DNA of 64,000 nt, from assembly GCF_001194135.2 (NCBI RefSeq), contig NC_068997.1, forward strand, positions 19,500,973 through 19,564,972, given 5' to 3'. Within the stretch, counting starts at the first letter, position 1. The number at the start of each line of letters is the position of its first letter. Positions 1 to 14,200 of this stretch are shown here, piece after piece. The stretch is from Octopus bimaculoides. Its lineage: Eukaryota. The notes beneath the pieces were generated by a model. That model was not told where the DNA came from. It searched no databases and worked only from the letters and a program-made list of their open reading frames with translations. The position numbers and the translations under genes are program-made.

Positions 1-180
1 ATTTGAATTTTGTTTTTTATATAATTTCTAATAATTTTTAATCATAAAACTATGGTACAATTTATTTTTAATTCATTGAATGGCTTTGGAGGTCCAGGGG
101 AGTAAAATGGGGATCAGTGGGGTTCATAGGCAAAAAATGGTTGAGAACCATTTAATAATTCATGCATTAAATATTTATAG

Positions 181-585
181 GTGCAGGAGTGGCTGTGTGG
201 TAAGAAGCTTGCTTCTCAACCACATGCTTCTGGGTTCAGTCCCACTATGTGGCACATTTGACAAGTGTCTTCTATTATAGCCTCAGGCTGACTGAACTGT
301 TGTGAATCAATCTGGTGTATGGAAACTGAAAGAAGCGCGTCGTATATTTGTGTGTGTGTGTGTATGTATATGTTTGTGTGTCTGTGTTTGTTCCCCCCCT
401 TCGCTTGGCTACCGATGTTGGTGTGTTTATGTCCCCCATAACTTAGCAGTTCAGCAAAAGAGACCCATAGAATAAGTACTAGGCTTACAAAGAATAAGTC
501 CTGGGGTCGATTTGTTTGACTAAAGGCGATGCTCCAGCATGGCTGCAGTCAGATGACTGAAACATGTAAGAAAAAGAAAATAAAA
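181..585 (+). mobile_element. tRNA-derived SINE, family A (representative copy)
   Basis: Pol III A box TGGCTGTGTGG and B box GGTTCAGTCCC, then a (TG)n middle and a tail ending ...ccagcatggctgcagtc...gactgaaac. Related copies or fragments at about 2880, 3300, 4360, 8410, 10330, 16765, 19225, 21290, 24990, 27325, 45590, 48650, 54030-54915 and 58085. Confidence 0.8.
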
Positions 586-1389
586 AGAATCTATTCTGCA
601 AGCATTAAAACTGGTTTATGTAATAGTGGCTTCTGGAAGTCAAATGTATGAAAACAGAAAACAGACTTTGCTACATGGGTCATTAAATAAGTAACAGAGA
701 TAAAGAAATTATGATAATTCTTTTGCATAACAGTGAATAAAAATATTTATTAATAGATAAAGTATTTGTTCATTAAAATTTATGTGATAGTCGTTACTGT
801 ATTGCCCTGGGATGGAAAAATTAAGTGATAATCATTTTTTATCTTGAAAGAAATGAGTCGCATGAAGATTAAGAAAGAAATTTTAGAGGTTGAATAAAGG
901 AGAAAGTATGAACAATCATCATCATTATCATGGTAATGTCTGCTTTTCCATGTGTGCATGGGTGGTTTGAAGTTGATTGAAACAGGTTTTCAATGACTGA
1001 ATGCTCTTCCTGTCACCGACTCTCACCTGTTTTCAAGTAAGGTCATAATATTTCCCTGTGCCTAAACATGTTTCTGCACAATATTGGAAATAAATAACAC
1101 TGCTTGTATGATGGTGATGCTCATTTACAACTATCGTGTGGTGTAAAGACACAAACTCACACATGCATACCACATGTACATACATGCATGCATGCATATA
1201 TATATATATATATANNNNNNNNNNNNNNNNNNNNNNNNNNNNNNNNNNNNNNNNNNNNNNNNNNNNNNNNNNNNNNNNNNNNNNNNNNNNNNNNNNNNNN
1301 NNNNNNNNNNNNNNGCATCGTATGAATGAGAAAGGAAGGTGTGAAAAAGCCGATAAACCGCATTTGAAGTGTGAGTATATGTGTGTGTG

Positions 1390-1620
1390 TTATTTCTTTA
1401 CTACCCACAAGGGGCTACACACAGAGGGGACAAACAAGGACAGACAAACGGATTAAGTCGATAATATCGACCCTAGTGCGTAACTGGTACTTATTTAATC
1501 GACCCCGAAAGGATGAAAGGCAAAGTCGACCTCTGCGGAATTTGAACTCGGAACATAGCGGCAGACGAAATACCACTAAGCATTTCGCCCGGCGTGCTAA
1601 CGTTTCTGCCAGCTTACCGC
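1390..1620 (-). mobile_element. tRNA-derived SINE, family C (representative copy)
   Basis: Minus strand: ggcggtaagctggcagaaacgttagc...gagttcaaattcc...gtcgactttgcctttcatcctttcggggtcgat...aagtaccag. Related copies at about 8140, 9875, 22715, 33830, 38945, 39235, 40375 and 47085. Confidence 0.8.
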
Positions 1621-1784
1621 CGTATATGTGTGTGTGTAAAAGAGATGTATGTTTGCATGCATGTGTGTGTACAGTGGAAGTGGGATGATAATGTTCAACA
1701 CTGAAAATGTGTGAGTATGTGTGTGCATGTACGAGAGAACTATGTGAAACTTTACATATACATGTAAGGTAAAGGAAATATAGA

Positions 1785-1977
1785 AAAATAATCCAGAATC
1801 CTTGTCCGGTACCAGATCGATCCCAAAATCTAATCAGTTCATGTCAGTCACGAGGCCAAATATCCCTAAAAGTTTCGTCCAAATCCATCCAGCAGTTCTG
1901 TAGATATCTTGTCCATGGACAGACAAACAAACACAACTGAAAACAATACCTCCGCCTTCGCTAAGGCAGAGGTAACA
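1785..1977 (+). mobile_element. Non-autonomous Helentron/DINE-1-like element 3' fragment
   Basis: ...aatccagaatcc...caaaatctaatcagttc...(gaca/caaa)n...ACCTCCGCC-TTCGCTAA-GGCAGAGGT terminal hairpin at 1948-1973; family assignment is from recall. Confidence 0.5.
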
Positions 1978-2194
1978 AGTGACTTTATATAATAAAAACT
2001 AAAGCAAGTTGCTATCAAGGACACTGTTTGTCTGGGAGGGGGGGTTCTGGGGTGTTTTTTTTAGCCTAGAGCAATTGATGCAATTTATATCAGTGATTTT
2101 GTGTGTTGTTGTCTTATAGAAAAATTACTTGAAATTGTTAAATTTTAAAACTATATTTAATTTAATTTAATTTTTTTTCCATTTGATTTTTCAG

Positions 2195-2256
2195 AGACTA
2201 AATGGGTACATACACCTGAATCCCTCTTGCAGGGGCATATAGCATATAATGTCAAG
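2195..2256 (+). CDS. GULP1: GULP1 coding exon (start of PTB domain)
   Basis: ttttcag acceptor; encodes [20 protein letters not shown]; gtaagt donor. The alternative AG at 2195-2196 is also possible. Confidence 0.9.
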
Positions 2257-5200
2257 GTAAGTTCCTTGTTGTGTGTGTGTGTGTGTGCAGGTGTGCTAGT
2301 GTGGCAGATGTATTTATATGTGTGGGTGTGATGTGTGCTTATGTATATCAATCCTAGCAATACTGGATATTAAAAAGGTAGATGAAAGATCACTTCTATT
2401 TTGTCTTCTAACTTTGCCATTGAAGAATTAATTCTTGGTACATTTAAAAAAAATTTTGTCAACATTTTTATCAGCGTTCCCCTTACTAGGACCTGCTTCA
2501 CATGTTCTCTTGTTGGTTGTGCAGAGGTGCTGACCCTACACCTACTACCCTCCTGTTGTCTCATCCAGGTTTGGAACCGGCAATTACAGAGTTAGTTATC
2601 TCACAGACTTTATAGATAAAATTTGAAAGTGTTAAGCTTGTCATATCTTTCTTAAAGAAAGAAAATTAACATTAAGATTATAACTTTTTTTTTTTTGTCA
2701 TATCAGTCATATCTTTAGATATTGAAATATAGATGTAAATATTTTAAAAATATGTCTGTAACCCAAGTGAATAAGTTATTATCTTTTAGTTGGGAAATAA
2801 AAGTTCCTACTTTGAATCCAATCTAATAGTATGTGGTTGTTTGTCCTTCATTTTCAAAAATGATCAACACTCTACCTCTTATACACTGCAACAACAGAAC
2901 GTGCAGCTACACAAGTAACTACCTGAGGTGCTGTGCAATGGGACTGAACCCAAAATCACATGATTGCAAAGTGAGCTTCTTAACCACACAACCATGTTTT
3001 GAAGAAGCACGAGAGAGCTGTGCCAAATGAATTGCTCCACTTCCACTGCCCCGTATCATCTTGAATCAGACGAGCTGAGATGATGGAATGAATACCAGGG
3101 ATGCAGTGGGACAGAGTGTGAAAGAGTATCAGATGTTGTATTATAAGAAACTATTTTTATCCCGATTCTTTGTCCAAGCAATGTCTAATAGTGACTGTGA
3201 CAAGGAGATAATTAGCATTCTCAGCCATTCATGTTGTAGAAATGCTTATATACATACGTTACAATATTGACTTCCATTTAAGAAATTGATCAAGATATAG
3301 ATGTGAAGGTGGTTTCCCAACCACTTGGTTTCAGGTTCAATCTTCCATGTGGAATTTTGGGCTTGTCTTCTACTTCAGCTCCAAACTGACCAAAGCCTTG
3401 TGAGTGGATTTTCAGCTTTCACTATGTTGTACACTCTCTGAAGTGTTTGGTATTAAGAAGGGCATCCAGCTATAGAACATGGTGCATGATGCAGTCTCCA
3501 GCTCATCAAACTAGCCAGCCTATACTTACATAGGAGCCAGATGTATGATTATGATAGCTATGATGATGTTGAAGAGAATCAAAACTAAATATAGTTAGAA
3601 ATTTAGCCTGCTGTACTACCTTTTCTGACAACTTATGGACATCCAAAACTTTGTTTTCATAATCATCTCAAGCGGTCTCTCATTTTATGGGTGTCCCTCC
3701 CAATTATTTAGAGGCCCTGGCCATTAATTAGAAGGCATGGAGGTCTGTGTGTGATGCTGGAGTAGAGCGCTTTGAAACCAAACGCTGGAGACTGCATGAA
3801 GAGAGGTGACATCGTCATCAACCCCCTGCGTCTGTTGTTTGGGGTCACTTTCAGTACTATCAGCACCACAGGATCTGCCTCTCTTGTATCAGTCTTGTCA
3901 GCCCTGTCCACTCCTATGAGGAATAATGTGCTGGAGGCAGAGGAGGATGACTGCTGTCACCAGCTTTGATGGGCTGTCATAAGCAGCATACCTCTTAATG
4001 TTATCTAAAGCAGGCATAACACTTGAGCTTTATAACGAGAAGGAAATGAGATGATTTGTTTGTCTTGTAACAATGTAACTGAAGTATTTCTAATTAAGAA
4101 ATGAAACCAGGACAGGGAGTTGATTTATTGCTATTAGCAAGGTACTCAACTATTCTTAATTATATAGGTACTAAATAGGATGTGCCAAAACTTATTAATA
4201 CAATGTTTGTTTATTGTTTTATTGATTTCAGTGGACTGAGGTCATGCTGGAGCAGTGCTTTCTAGGGCATAGTTTATTAGGCATGGATGCAAGTGCTTAT
4301 TTTATAGGTCTCATAGAGATGAAAGGAAATATGGGGCTTAGTGAGATTTGAACTCAGAGAGCAGGCATGGTTTGGGGTTCAGTCCTACATAGCACCTTGT
4401 CAAATGTCTTTCATAGTTTCAGGCCAGCCAAAGTTTTGTTAGTGCATTTCGTAGAAGGAAACTGAAAGAAGCCCATTATGTTTCTGTGTGTGTGTGTATT
4501 ATGTATATGTGATGTGAGTGTTTGTGTCTTTTTGTCTTGATATCACATAATTGTTATAAATAAATGCCATTCTGCAGAAACATGTCTGGCCATGAAGAAA
4601 TCCCACCTTGCCCGAAAACAGATAAGGGTTAGTAACAGAAAGGGCATTTGGCTGTAGAAAATCTGCCTCGGTAAACTCCATCCAACCCATGCAAGCATGG
4701 AAATGTGGACGTTTAAATATGATGAAAATAAAGAGCATAATTAAATAGCATTTGATATTTTGTCTACTACTCTACCAGTTCTATCATCCATTCTCCTTGT
4801 TATTTTTTTTTTTATTAATATTCTTAAAGATTGTAAATAATAAGTATAGACCAGAACAATTCTATTTCACAAAATTATGGAATTACAAACAATAGGTTTG
4901 AGTAATGTGCTCCGAACAACAGATTGTATAACATAATGTTTGATTTCTTCTGTTTTTTGTTAAGAGTGTAATATGAACAATAATGGTTAAATAATATTTA
5001 TTGCTGAGGTTATTGTCATCATCGTTGTTAATGCTTTCACTACAAAATTAAATTTCATGGTTATTTCAGTAATGGTGTTAAATATCTATTAAAAAGTAGA
5101 ATTGGTATTTTCAGCAAGTCACGTTGCTTCATTAATCTTGACATATCTCAACAGAAAACTGCTTCAAACATGACATTCCTCAACAAAAGATAGATTGGTA

Positions 5201-8200
5201 TTTAAAATTGCTTTCTGCTGTAAAAGAGTTTAAAATGGTGAAGTGACAGCAATTATAGTGGTGGATAAATGCACGACAAACAGCATTTAGCCATTGTCTT
5301 CTGTGTTCTGCATTCAAATCTTGCTGGTGTTGACTGCATTTCTCAACCAAAAGTACAAGTTGACTGGGCCATACTATATATGCATTGTCTTGTGCCTTTG
5401 TAAGAAATTGCTATTATCACAATCATCATCACAATTGATTATGGTTCGAGAAAATATATGAAGACTCACTCCTTAGCGTTTTATTTTCACTGGATGCCCT
5501 TTTCTCCTGATTACCCTGTCATATCTATCATCAACACTCCTTTTTTCTCTGTCATTCACTATATCCACCCCTAAGTGCCTCTGACCTCCATCTCAGTCAC
5601 TGTGCATCATTTCTCTCTCTGACACCTCATGTCATCTGATTTCTCATCTGTCTATTGTTTTATTATCCTGTTACTCTCCACCATCCACTTGTATTACCAC
5701 TTTACACCCCCTCCTTCCTGACCTACAGCTATTTTCCTTATATGCCTCAAACTGAGAAACACCATTGTCCACTTTTCCTTCCATCTTCACCAGTCACTGC
5801 ATTCACATCTATTCTCATCTCTCCCATCTTTCACACTCTCACTTAGCCATCCTCAATACATGCTTTCTGGTAAAGACTACTTGAGTGTGTGTGTGTATTG
5901 AGCTCACAGCCATGAGGCTGTGAGTTCATTTCCTGGCAGAGCGTTGCTCCACTTCACTCAGCTAGCAATAATGAGTAGTAACCGCTGCTTGAGTGATGAA
6001 CCTGGTGCAGCTCTCCAGCTTGCCATTTCCAGTCAAACTGCCTAACTCATGCCATCATGGAAAGCGTATGTTAAGTGATGATGATACAATAATGACTCCT
6101 ACAAGACTGGTCCTTCACTTAGTGTTTATCTGAGTCAAGCAAGTTGTATTTGGATTAGTCTCAAGGTCACTGTCTCTCTGACAAATTTCAGGGGAAAAAG
6201 GAAACCGGACTAGTCTCTTAAGAATTACTTTGTGTATGTGTGTGTGTTGAAGTCCAGGATCTCTTTTTTTTTTTTTTTTTTTTTTTTTTNNNNNNNNNNN
6301 NNNNNNNNNNNNNNNNNNNNNNNNNNNNNNNNNNNNNNNNNNNNNNNNNNNNNNNNNNNNNNNNNNNNNNNNNNNNNNNNNNNNNNNNNNNNCCCGCCTG
6401 TCCCCATCAGCATCTCTCTTTCCATTATCAAACACTCCAGAATTTTTAATCCTAAATTTCTTCATAATGATTTTTCCTTTCTTCCCCACACTAAAACGAA
6501 GTGCTGTTTTTACCAAAGAGCCTAATTGATCACTTTTCTTTGCAAACAGCTTCAAGTCATAAATCATCATCATCATCATCATAATAACCATCATAATCAT
6601 TATCGTTGTTGTTGTTGTTGTTGTTGTTGTTGGATGGTACCAGACGTCTTGGTAACTATTCCAGTTTTTATTTTCTTCATCTTATTTTTACTTTATACGT
6701 TGCTACTTGAATTTGGCAAGCATTTCAAATCAATAAAATTCATTATCGTCTTTAGCTTATGTAAAATTCTTTACTTTCCCCAATAAATGGCCAACTTGTG
6801 TTCTAGAATCGGTTCATGTGCCGTCAGGTTCATTGTAGACTTGTGCTGGTCCTTTGGATTTCTTCTCTCTTTTTAGATTTTAATGAAGGAACACCTCATT
6901 TGGAAGGGCAGTTATTTAAAATTGAAGTTTTTTATTGAAATTTATTTCAGTTCATCATCATCATCATCGTTTTAGTGTTTTTACGTGGCTACAAATTTCA
7001 ATGTACGACCTGCTATATTTTCTTGAAGTGTATTGACTGTAACAAGAGATAGCAGGGAACCATTTTGAACGGAAGTGTTTGTTAGTGGCTGACATTCACT
7101 GCAAAACACACTAAAAATCTTCTCAGCAGTGCCAGTGTTATTATCAAATGAATAGAGTAGTTGGTCACAAATGTAGTTTCTTTACCTTTTAGCATTTAAA
7201 CCAGACATAACTGGCCCAAGTATTCTGCCTGTTTTATGTCCAAACTGGTCAAATCCAGGCTCTCGCACCTATCTTACAATATCATTCTAAAAATAAACCA
7301 CCCTATCAGTGAAATTACAAAGCTACAAGATAAAGCATGGCTACTTCTAACCAATGTGAATAAATTAGCATTACATTTGACAGAGTAATCTGAATGCTGA
7401 AGGGTTAAATTTCAGCTTAGTATAAATGCTTCTAATCTATATCTGGTCAGCTAATTATAAACCTGCTCATTCTCTTTTTCACTGACTCTTTGAACATCTC
7501 TTTTGTAATCTTTGGTATGGAATCCTGTTATGGACATTGTTTATATATCCTGATACATGACAGACAAGACAAAATCTCTCTATGTATTTATTGGTTTCAA
7601 AAATCTAACTAATTCCTCTTCTGATTTGAGCAACCTGACAAAATTCTCTTCCAATTTGAGCAATCTGACATACTTTTTGATAAAAAGTATGCCTGATTAT
7701 TCAGACACAGCTTACTTTGGGTAAAGCTGTGCTGATTCTATGAGATGAAATGAAATATGTTCATGTGATTCTTGATGTTTATATTTTGATCAATTTGATA
7801 AATTTAATCAATGTAAGGGAAATGTGTTTATAGCACCTTCTGAAAATAAGTTTTATGCCATCATGCCTCTAATCTTGTTGAATACTTGGTTTTAGTATTA
7901 ATATAAGGGTTTTCAAAATGTCTGGCTAAGTTATGGGACAGTGTGCAAAAGTCCTGATTTGTTTTCAAGCGACTTGGATTTAGATTATTTCAGAGTTAAA
8001 ACCGAATTTGTGAAATAAAAGTTGCTATCATTCAGAAATGGGAAACTTACTAACAGATGTCAAATAGATACAGATGTATGCCCGTGTATGAACAGTGTAG
8101 TAAATGATAAGACGTAATCATTTTGATATCAGTGGCATCTAAGACAGCAAGTTGGTAGAATTGTTAGCATGCCAGGCAAAATGCTTAGCGACATTTCGTC

Positions 8201-11200
8201 CATCTTTATGTACTAAGTTCAAATTCCACCAAGGTCAGCTTTGCTTTTCATCCTTTCAGGGTCAATAGAATAAACACCAGTTGAGTACTGGGTCAGTGTT
8301 ATCAACTTACACGCTCCCCTAAAACTTACTGACCTTGTGCCTAAATTTGAAACTAGTATCAGTGGTATCTCCCCATTTTGGGTTCATGTGCTTTATGTAT
8401 TTACTTAGGCTGCAGGCGTGATTTTTGTGTTTAAATAGTTCATTTCCCAACCACATGGTTTTAGGTTCAGTCCCATTGTGTGGTACATTGGGCAAGTGGC
8501 TTCTGGAGCCGCAAGCCAACCAAAGCCCTTTAATGGGTTTGGTTATCAGAAACTGAAAAATGCATATCATGTATGTATACATGTGTGTATATCATCATCA
8601 TTTACTGTCTGCTTTCCATGCTGGCATGGGTTAGACAGTTTGACTGGAATTGGTAAGCCAGAGAGCTGCACCAGGTTCCAGTCTGATTTGACATGGTTTC
8701 TACTGCTGGATGCCCTTCCTAACACCAACCACTCCAAGAGTGTAATGGGTGCTTTTTACATTCCACCAATATATATATATATACAAGAATAAGAACAGAA
8801 CAATCAAAAGTTGTTTTGGTCAGAAGGGTAGGGTACGGACTGGTCCAACAATCTGATTGTAGTAGACCAGACCATACAATGCAGCACTGCTTTGTCTGCC
8901 CTTTACTACTGCAAGTCTTGCAGTTCAAAAGACCTTGCAGAGTTCAGTAGAAATGTAAATAAAAAAAATTAAGAAAAAAAAGAGGAAAAAAAACTATGTC
9001 AAGAAATGGGAGACTGTCATGTAACTATTATAATTCAAAGAATCAAAAAAAGATCAGATAAACTTCTAAGAACAAGCAGTATGTGGGTTTATTAAATACA
9101 TTGGGATGAGGACGTATTTGGTTGTATTTATGTAGCTTGTATCAATTGTTATTTTGTATGATATGAGCAACATCAATAAAGAATTTCCCTTGGCATTTTA
9201 TTTTTGCATCAAAATTACTTTATTTTTGATATTTGTGGTTATGACATCTGAATACAATCCAATATAGCTCTCACCTTTCAAAATTCTACACTTTTATCTG
9301 CATATTTTTATTTTTCAAAAATTAGCTTATTATTACTTCTGTTATACACTTATATTTATGCCTTGAGTAGGAAGTCCAGCTTTGCTATCTCTATGCACTG
9401 TTTGTCATTTACAGCTTGTCATTTGATAAATGCTACACCCAACGTCTTTTATATCAGAAAACTTCTTAACATCTTTTCATATTCAACCCTGACATATATT
9501 CATAAAGCTCTTTTCCTCCTTTTTGTCCTCGATCACTCTTTACTTTTCCTGTATAATCTGTCTGAGTATCAATGCTCACTCTACCACTGATCTAGCTGCA
9601 ACCAGGATGTTTGCTCTATTCACAGAACCAATGTCTGAGTCTTGCAGTAATGTTAAATTCTTACAGATGCATCCTCTTGCTGCTAGTTCCCTGTTTGTGC
9701 ACATATCTGCCTCTCTACATCTGCACTGCGAAATTTAACCTTTTACATGAATATTTTCAGTATTCATGCTCTCTCACTTTTCACTTGCTGCATTCTTCAA
9801 ATGTGTTGCTCTTAGCGGCATGTCTTCTACTACCATTAATGATATTGCCGTTGTTGTTGTTTTTATTTATATATGAGAAAGGCAGCAAGCTGGCTGAATC
9901 ATTAGCACACCAGGCGAAATGCTTAATGGTATTTTGTCTGCCACTAACTACATTGAGTTCAAATTCCGCCGAGATCGACATTGCCTTTCATCTTTTCAGG
10001 CTCAATGAAATAAGTACCAGTTATGTACTGGAATTGATGTAACTAACTAGCCCCCTTCCTCACAAAATTTTCAAGGCCTTATGCCTAGAGTAGAAATAAT
10101 TATTTATATAAGAGTGTGATGGAAGACATACTCCTTACCTAAAATTGTCGACAGATGTACACATGCTCGCACTCATATATCATACATATATTCTTGGCAT
10201 CATAAGAATTCAGTTTTTACGGTCCAAAATGGTTTTTCAACCCAATAATTTACAAGCTATTATGTATAGCTTTATGTACGTGTTTGAAGATGTATTGTTT
10301 ATACCAAAAAAGAATTTGTATGTATGTTTGTGTGTCTGTGTTTGTCCCCCCCCCCCCACTGTTGCTTGACAACCAATGTTGGTGTGTTTACGTACCCCTA
10401 AATTAGCAGTTCAGCAAAAGGATAAGTACTAGACTTACAAAGAATAAGTCCAGGGGGTGATTTGTTCGACTAAAGGTGGTGCTCCAGTATGGCTGCAGTC
10501 AAATAACAAACAAACAAAAATATGTTTGTGTGTGTGTATATGTGTATGTGCTTTAACCTGTTTGTATCTGAATCATTACAGCGGTAGTGGTTGTTTTCCT
10601 TGTGCATCTTTCTGAGTGTTTATTTATTTATTTATTCTTCAGTTACATTACATCCTATTTTAACAAATGGCTCTTATTAATAGCAGTAGATATTACTAAC
10701 TACAGGAAAAGGCATCTCGCTGGTAAAAACTCTGAAGAAATTTTTTGTCTGAGTCACAGCAAGGACAGCCATCTGTATAAACAGTATGATGGTGGGGGGT
10801 TGCAGCTGTCTTGTGCATGCTATTGTTGATTGTGCTTCTTAATGCTCTTGTATCAATCTATTTTGGTGCTAACATTGGTTACAGTTAACTCTGGATTGTA
10901 GAAATCATTTCATATATATGTATGTGCATGCTTGTGTGTGTGTGTTGACAAATCCTGGGATTCTGACACCTGGTAAAACCACTATGAATAAAGTATTAAT
11001 ACCAATTGTGGACATGTTTTGCTTAATGAATTATGTTATACACACTTGCAATGAAATCTGTCATAATATATATAAGTAAAAATTTCTGTGTGCATCTATG
11101 TGTATATCAAAATGTGTATGTGTGTGTGTGTGTGTGTATATGTATGTATTTATATTTACAACTTAACCTTATGAACTTTCTAAACTCTCTGACGAAGCCC

Positions 11201-14200
11201 AGAGTACCTTAACCTTATCTACCAAATACTTCAGTTCACTGAAGGGATGGAAGTAAAGTGGGGTACTGTGACCTCTTGGCTGAAACAGCTGTAAGATACT
11301 TTCCAAGCAAGGTAATATTTCGCCAAGGCCAGATATGTTTCTGCAGAATTTTGGACACCACTTGTATGACTGTGACCCTCTTTTACAACTGTCACACAAA
11401 ATCAACATAAGGAGATAGAAACACATTCTCATATACACACACATGCAACAGGTTTCTTTCATTTTCCATCAACCAAATCCACTTACAATGCTCTCAGTGT
11501 GTGTGTGATTGATTGGATATGGTTCCTAAGTAGAAATAGGAGTATTTAACATATGAAATACAGATCAATAGTTTTATATATTGATCATATGAACAAAACA
11601 GCTTACTAAACCATTAGTTTCTTACAAGTCTCTCTAGACTTACAGTCCTCAAATGTGTCTGTTCAGATCTGGAATGATCTGAACCTCTGCAAAACCAAAA
11701 CAGTGCAAGTTATAATGGCTTGTACATTTACCTTTTATTTCAGTGATTTTCAGGGAATCATGAAATTTGCACTGTTAGGGCTGCAAAAAAGAAATTTAAA
11801 AACTTTATGTATGTATATATGTATCTATCTATCTATATATATATATATATAGCATGAAGAATTTAAGCGAGCTGCGCGAAAGTGCACGGCTCGTATAGTG
11901 AATGGGGAAAGCTTAATCTGCAATGTTTGCAGTTGTGTGTGCTTATCAAGAGCAGGGCTCATTAGCCACCAACGGAGCCGCACGGAGCCGCAAATGCAAA
12001 ATGTAAGTTAGTACTAGAGCGCAGAATGTTCCTGAAGGTCGGCAATGGTCTTCCTCGGTCACGAGTGGACGGCCATCATCATGTATATATATATATATAT
12101 ATGTATATATATAAAATCAATATTAAGGATTCAAAGAAATTAGGTACTTAAATAATAGGCACCGAGTAGGGTCAAAATTAAACTTGTAAACAACACTTTT
12201 AGCCGAATGGGTACCGAAGTACATCCAGTGAAAAATTCAGGTTACGTTCATGGAGAATCTAGCCCTTATGAGTATCTTAATAGCCTATGGGCTTATCCAA
12301 AAGTGTATGTTGTATTGGTCGTAGGTACTTTGTATACTCCAGACTATCCAACAGGTTGGAATTTCAGTGAGGTGTATTATGAACAAGTAAATAACTAGAA
12401 GATGGATAAGCGTCACTTCATTACAGTTTTGATGTAATGTACTCATTAGTCTATTAAAGAAATCCGCTGGAATCAGCTTTAATGAAGTGGTATTTATCCA
12501 TCTTTTTATTATTTATTTATTTGTTTTTTTATGTGTGTGTTTGTGTGTGTGTATAATTGTCAGGCAATGCTTCATGCAAACTATAATAATAATAATAACA
12601 ATAATGGTCGTTTGTAATGAATAGCCTGTTTATTGTTTATTTTTCAGTTCTTGGGTGAGAGTGAAGTGGATCAACCAAAGGGCATTGAAATTGTGAAGGA
12701 TGTCATCAGAAAGATGAAGGTAATTCTACTTCACCAGTTCTTTGTCTCTGTTGCCAAATCTTGTCCATGAAAGAAATTTATGAAGGAATGAAAATAAAGA
12801 AAATCCAAACGAACAAAAGATGGGTGTAAACTTATCAAAAATATATTGTGTTTTCACATATTACCTATTTATAGGTGACAAATTAGCAGGGTCGTTAATG
12901 TATCAATCAGATGGTGTTTTTCCCCACCACTGCTTGACAACCAGTGTTGGTATGTTTACATCCCTGAAACTTAACGGTTCAGCAAAAAAAGACCAATATA
13001 AGTACCAGGCTTAAAAAAATAAGTAGTGGGGGTTGATTTTGTTCAACTAAAATTCTTCAAGACAGTGCCTCATCATGGCCACAGTCTAATGACTCAAACA
13101 AATAAACGGTATATTATATAATTCAACATGCATCAGATTATTCTTTGATTCTACACCTAGAATTTACAGTTCAATACATTACCATTATTTGTTTTTTTGA
13201 TTCCTCGTCTACAGTTAGACACTGTGTTGTTTTATTGTTTTGTTTTCTCATCTCCAGTTCAACAAACACATTAAGAAGGCAGAAGGTCAGAAACCCCCCA
13301 AAGTAGAACTTACAATATCAGTCGATGGAGTTACTATCCTGGACCCCAAAACAAAGGTATTTTTCATTCATGCTCACTAGAACTTTCTAGCAATAGAAGC
13401 CATTTTGTAATCTACCTTTCAAAAACATAGACACATGGTTGACATACATCATCATCATCATCATCATCATCTGCTTTCCATGCTAGCATGGGTTGGACGA
13501 TTTGACTGAGGACTGGTGAACCAGATGGCTACACCAGGCTCCAATCTGATTTGGCAGTTTCTACAGCTGGATGCTCTTCCTAACGCCAACCACTCCGAGA
13601 GTGTAGTGGGTGCTTTTACGTGTCACCCGCACGAAGGCCAGTCAGGCGGTACTGGCAACGGCCACGCTCAAAATGGTGTCTTTTATGTGCCACCCGCACA
13701 AGAGCCAGTCCAGCGGCACTGGCAACGATCTCGCTTGAAAATCCTATGAAGGCCAGTCAGGCGGTACTGGCAACGGCCATGCTCAAAATGGTGCATCCCA
13801 TGTGCCACCCGCACAAGAGCCAGTCCAGGGGCACTGGCAACGATCTCACTTGGCTTGCTAGGTCTTCTCACGCACAGCACATTTCCAAAGGTACAATGTT
13901 GTTGTTTAGTCCCAAGTTGTTCTCACTTCGACCATTCCATCTCTTTTTAAATGGAAACTGAAAAAAGCTTGTTGTGTGCATCCTTGTCTTGACATCGAGT
14001 GATTGTTGTAAATGAACGTCATTTGTTTCCAACATGTCTAACGATGGGGAGAGTATTACCTTATTTGGAAATAGGTGAGGATTGACGCCATGAAGAACAT
14101 CAAGTCATAGAACATCTCCCTTAGTAAACTCTGTCCTACACATGCAAGTATGTAAAAGTGGATGTTAAAACGATGATAATGGTGTGTCTAATTAATAGTA

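Noticed and set aside
181-260. tRNA-like A/B boxes here and at many other sites
   Set aside because: These are SINE heads; no cloverleaf or acceptor stem, so no tRNA gene was called.
9400-9830. Possible LINE APE-endonuclease relic (DSDIGS...LVAA on the minus strand)
   Set aside because: Similarity is too weak to call without a search.
12421-12455. Hammerhead-like CTAATGA...AAAAC on the minus strand
   Set aside because: Two core mismatches and no drawable stems.
13516-13961. ORFs of 65-113 aa over repeat family B (also 15467-15907, 8478-8792, 30098-30403)
   Set aside because: Chance frames in high-copy non-coding repeats or antisense to transposase fragments.
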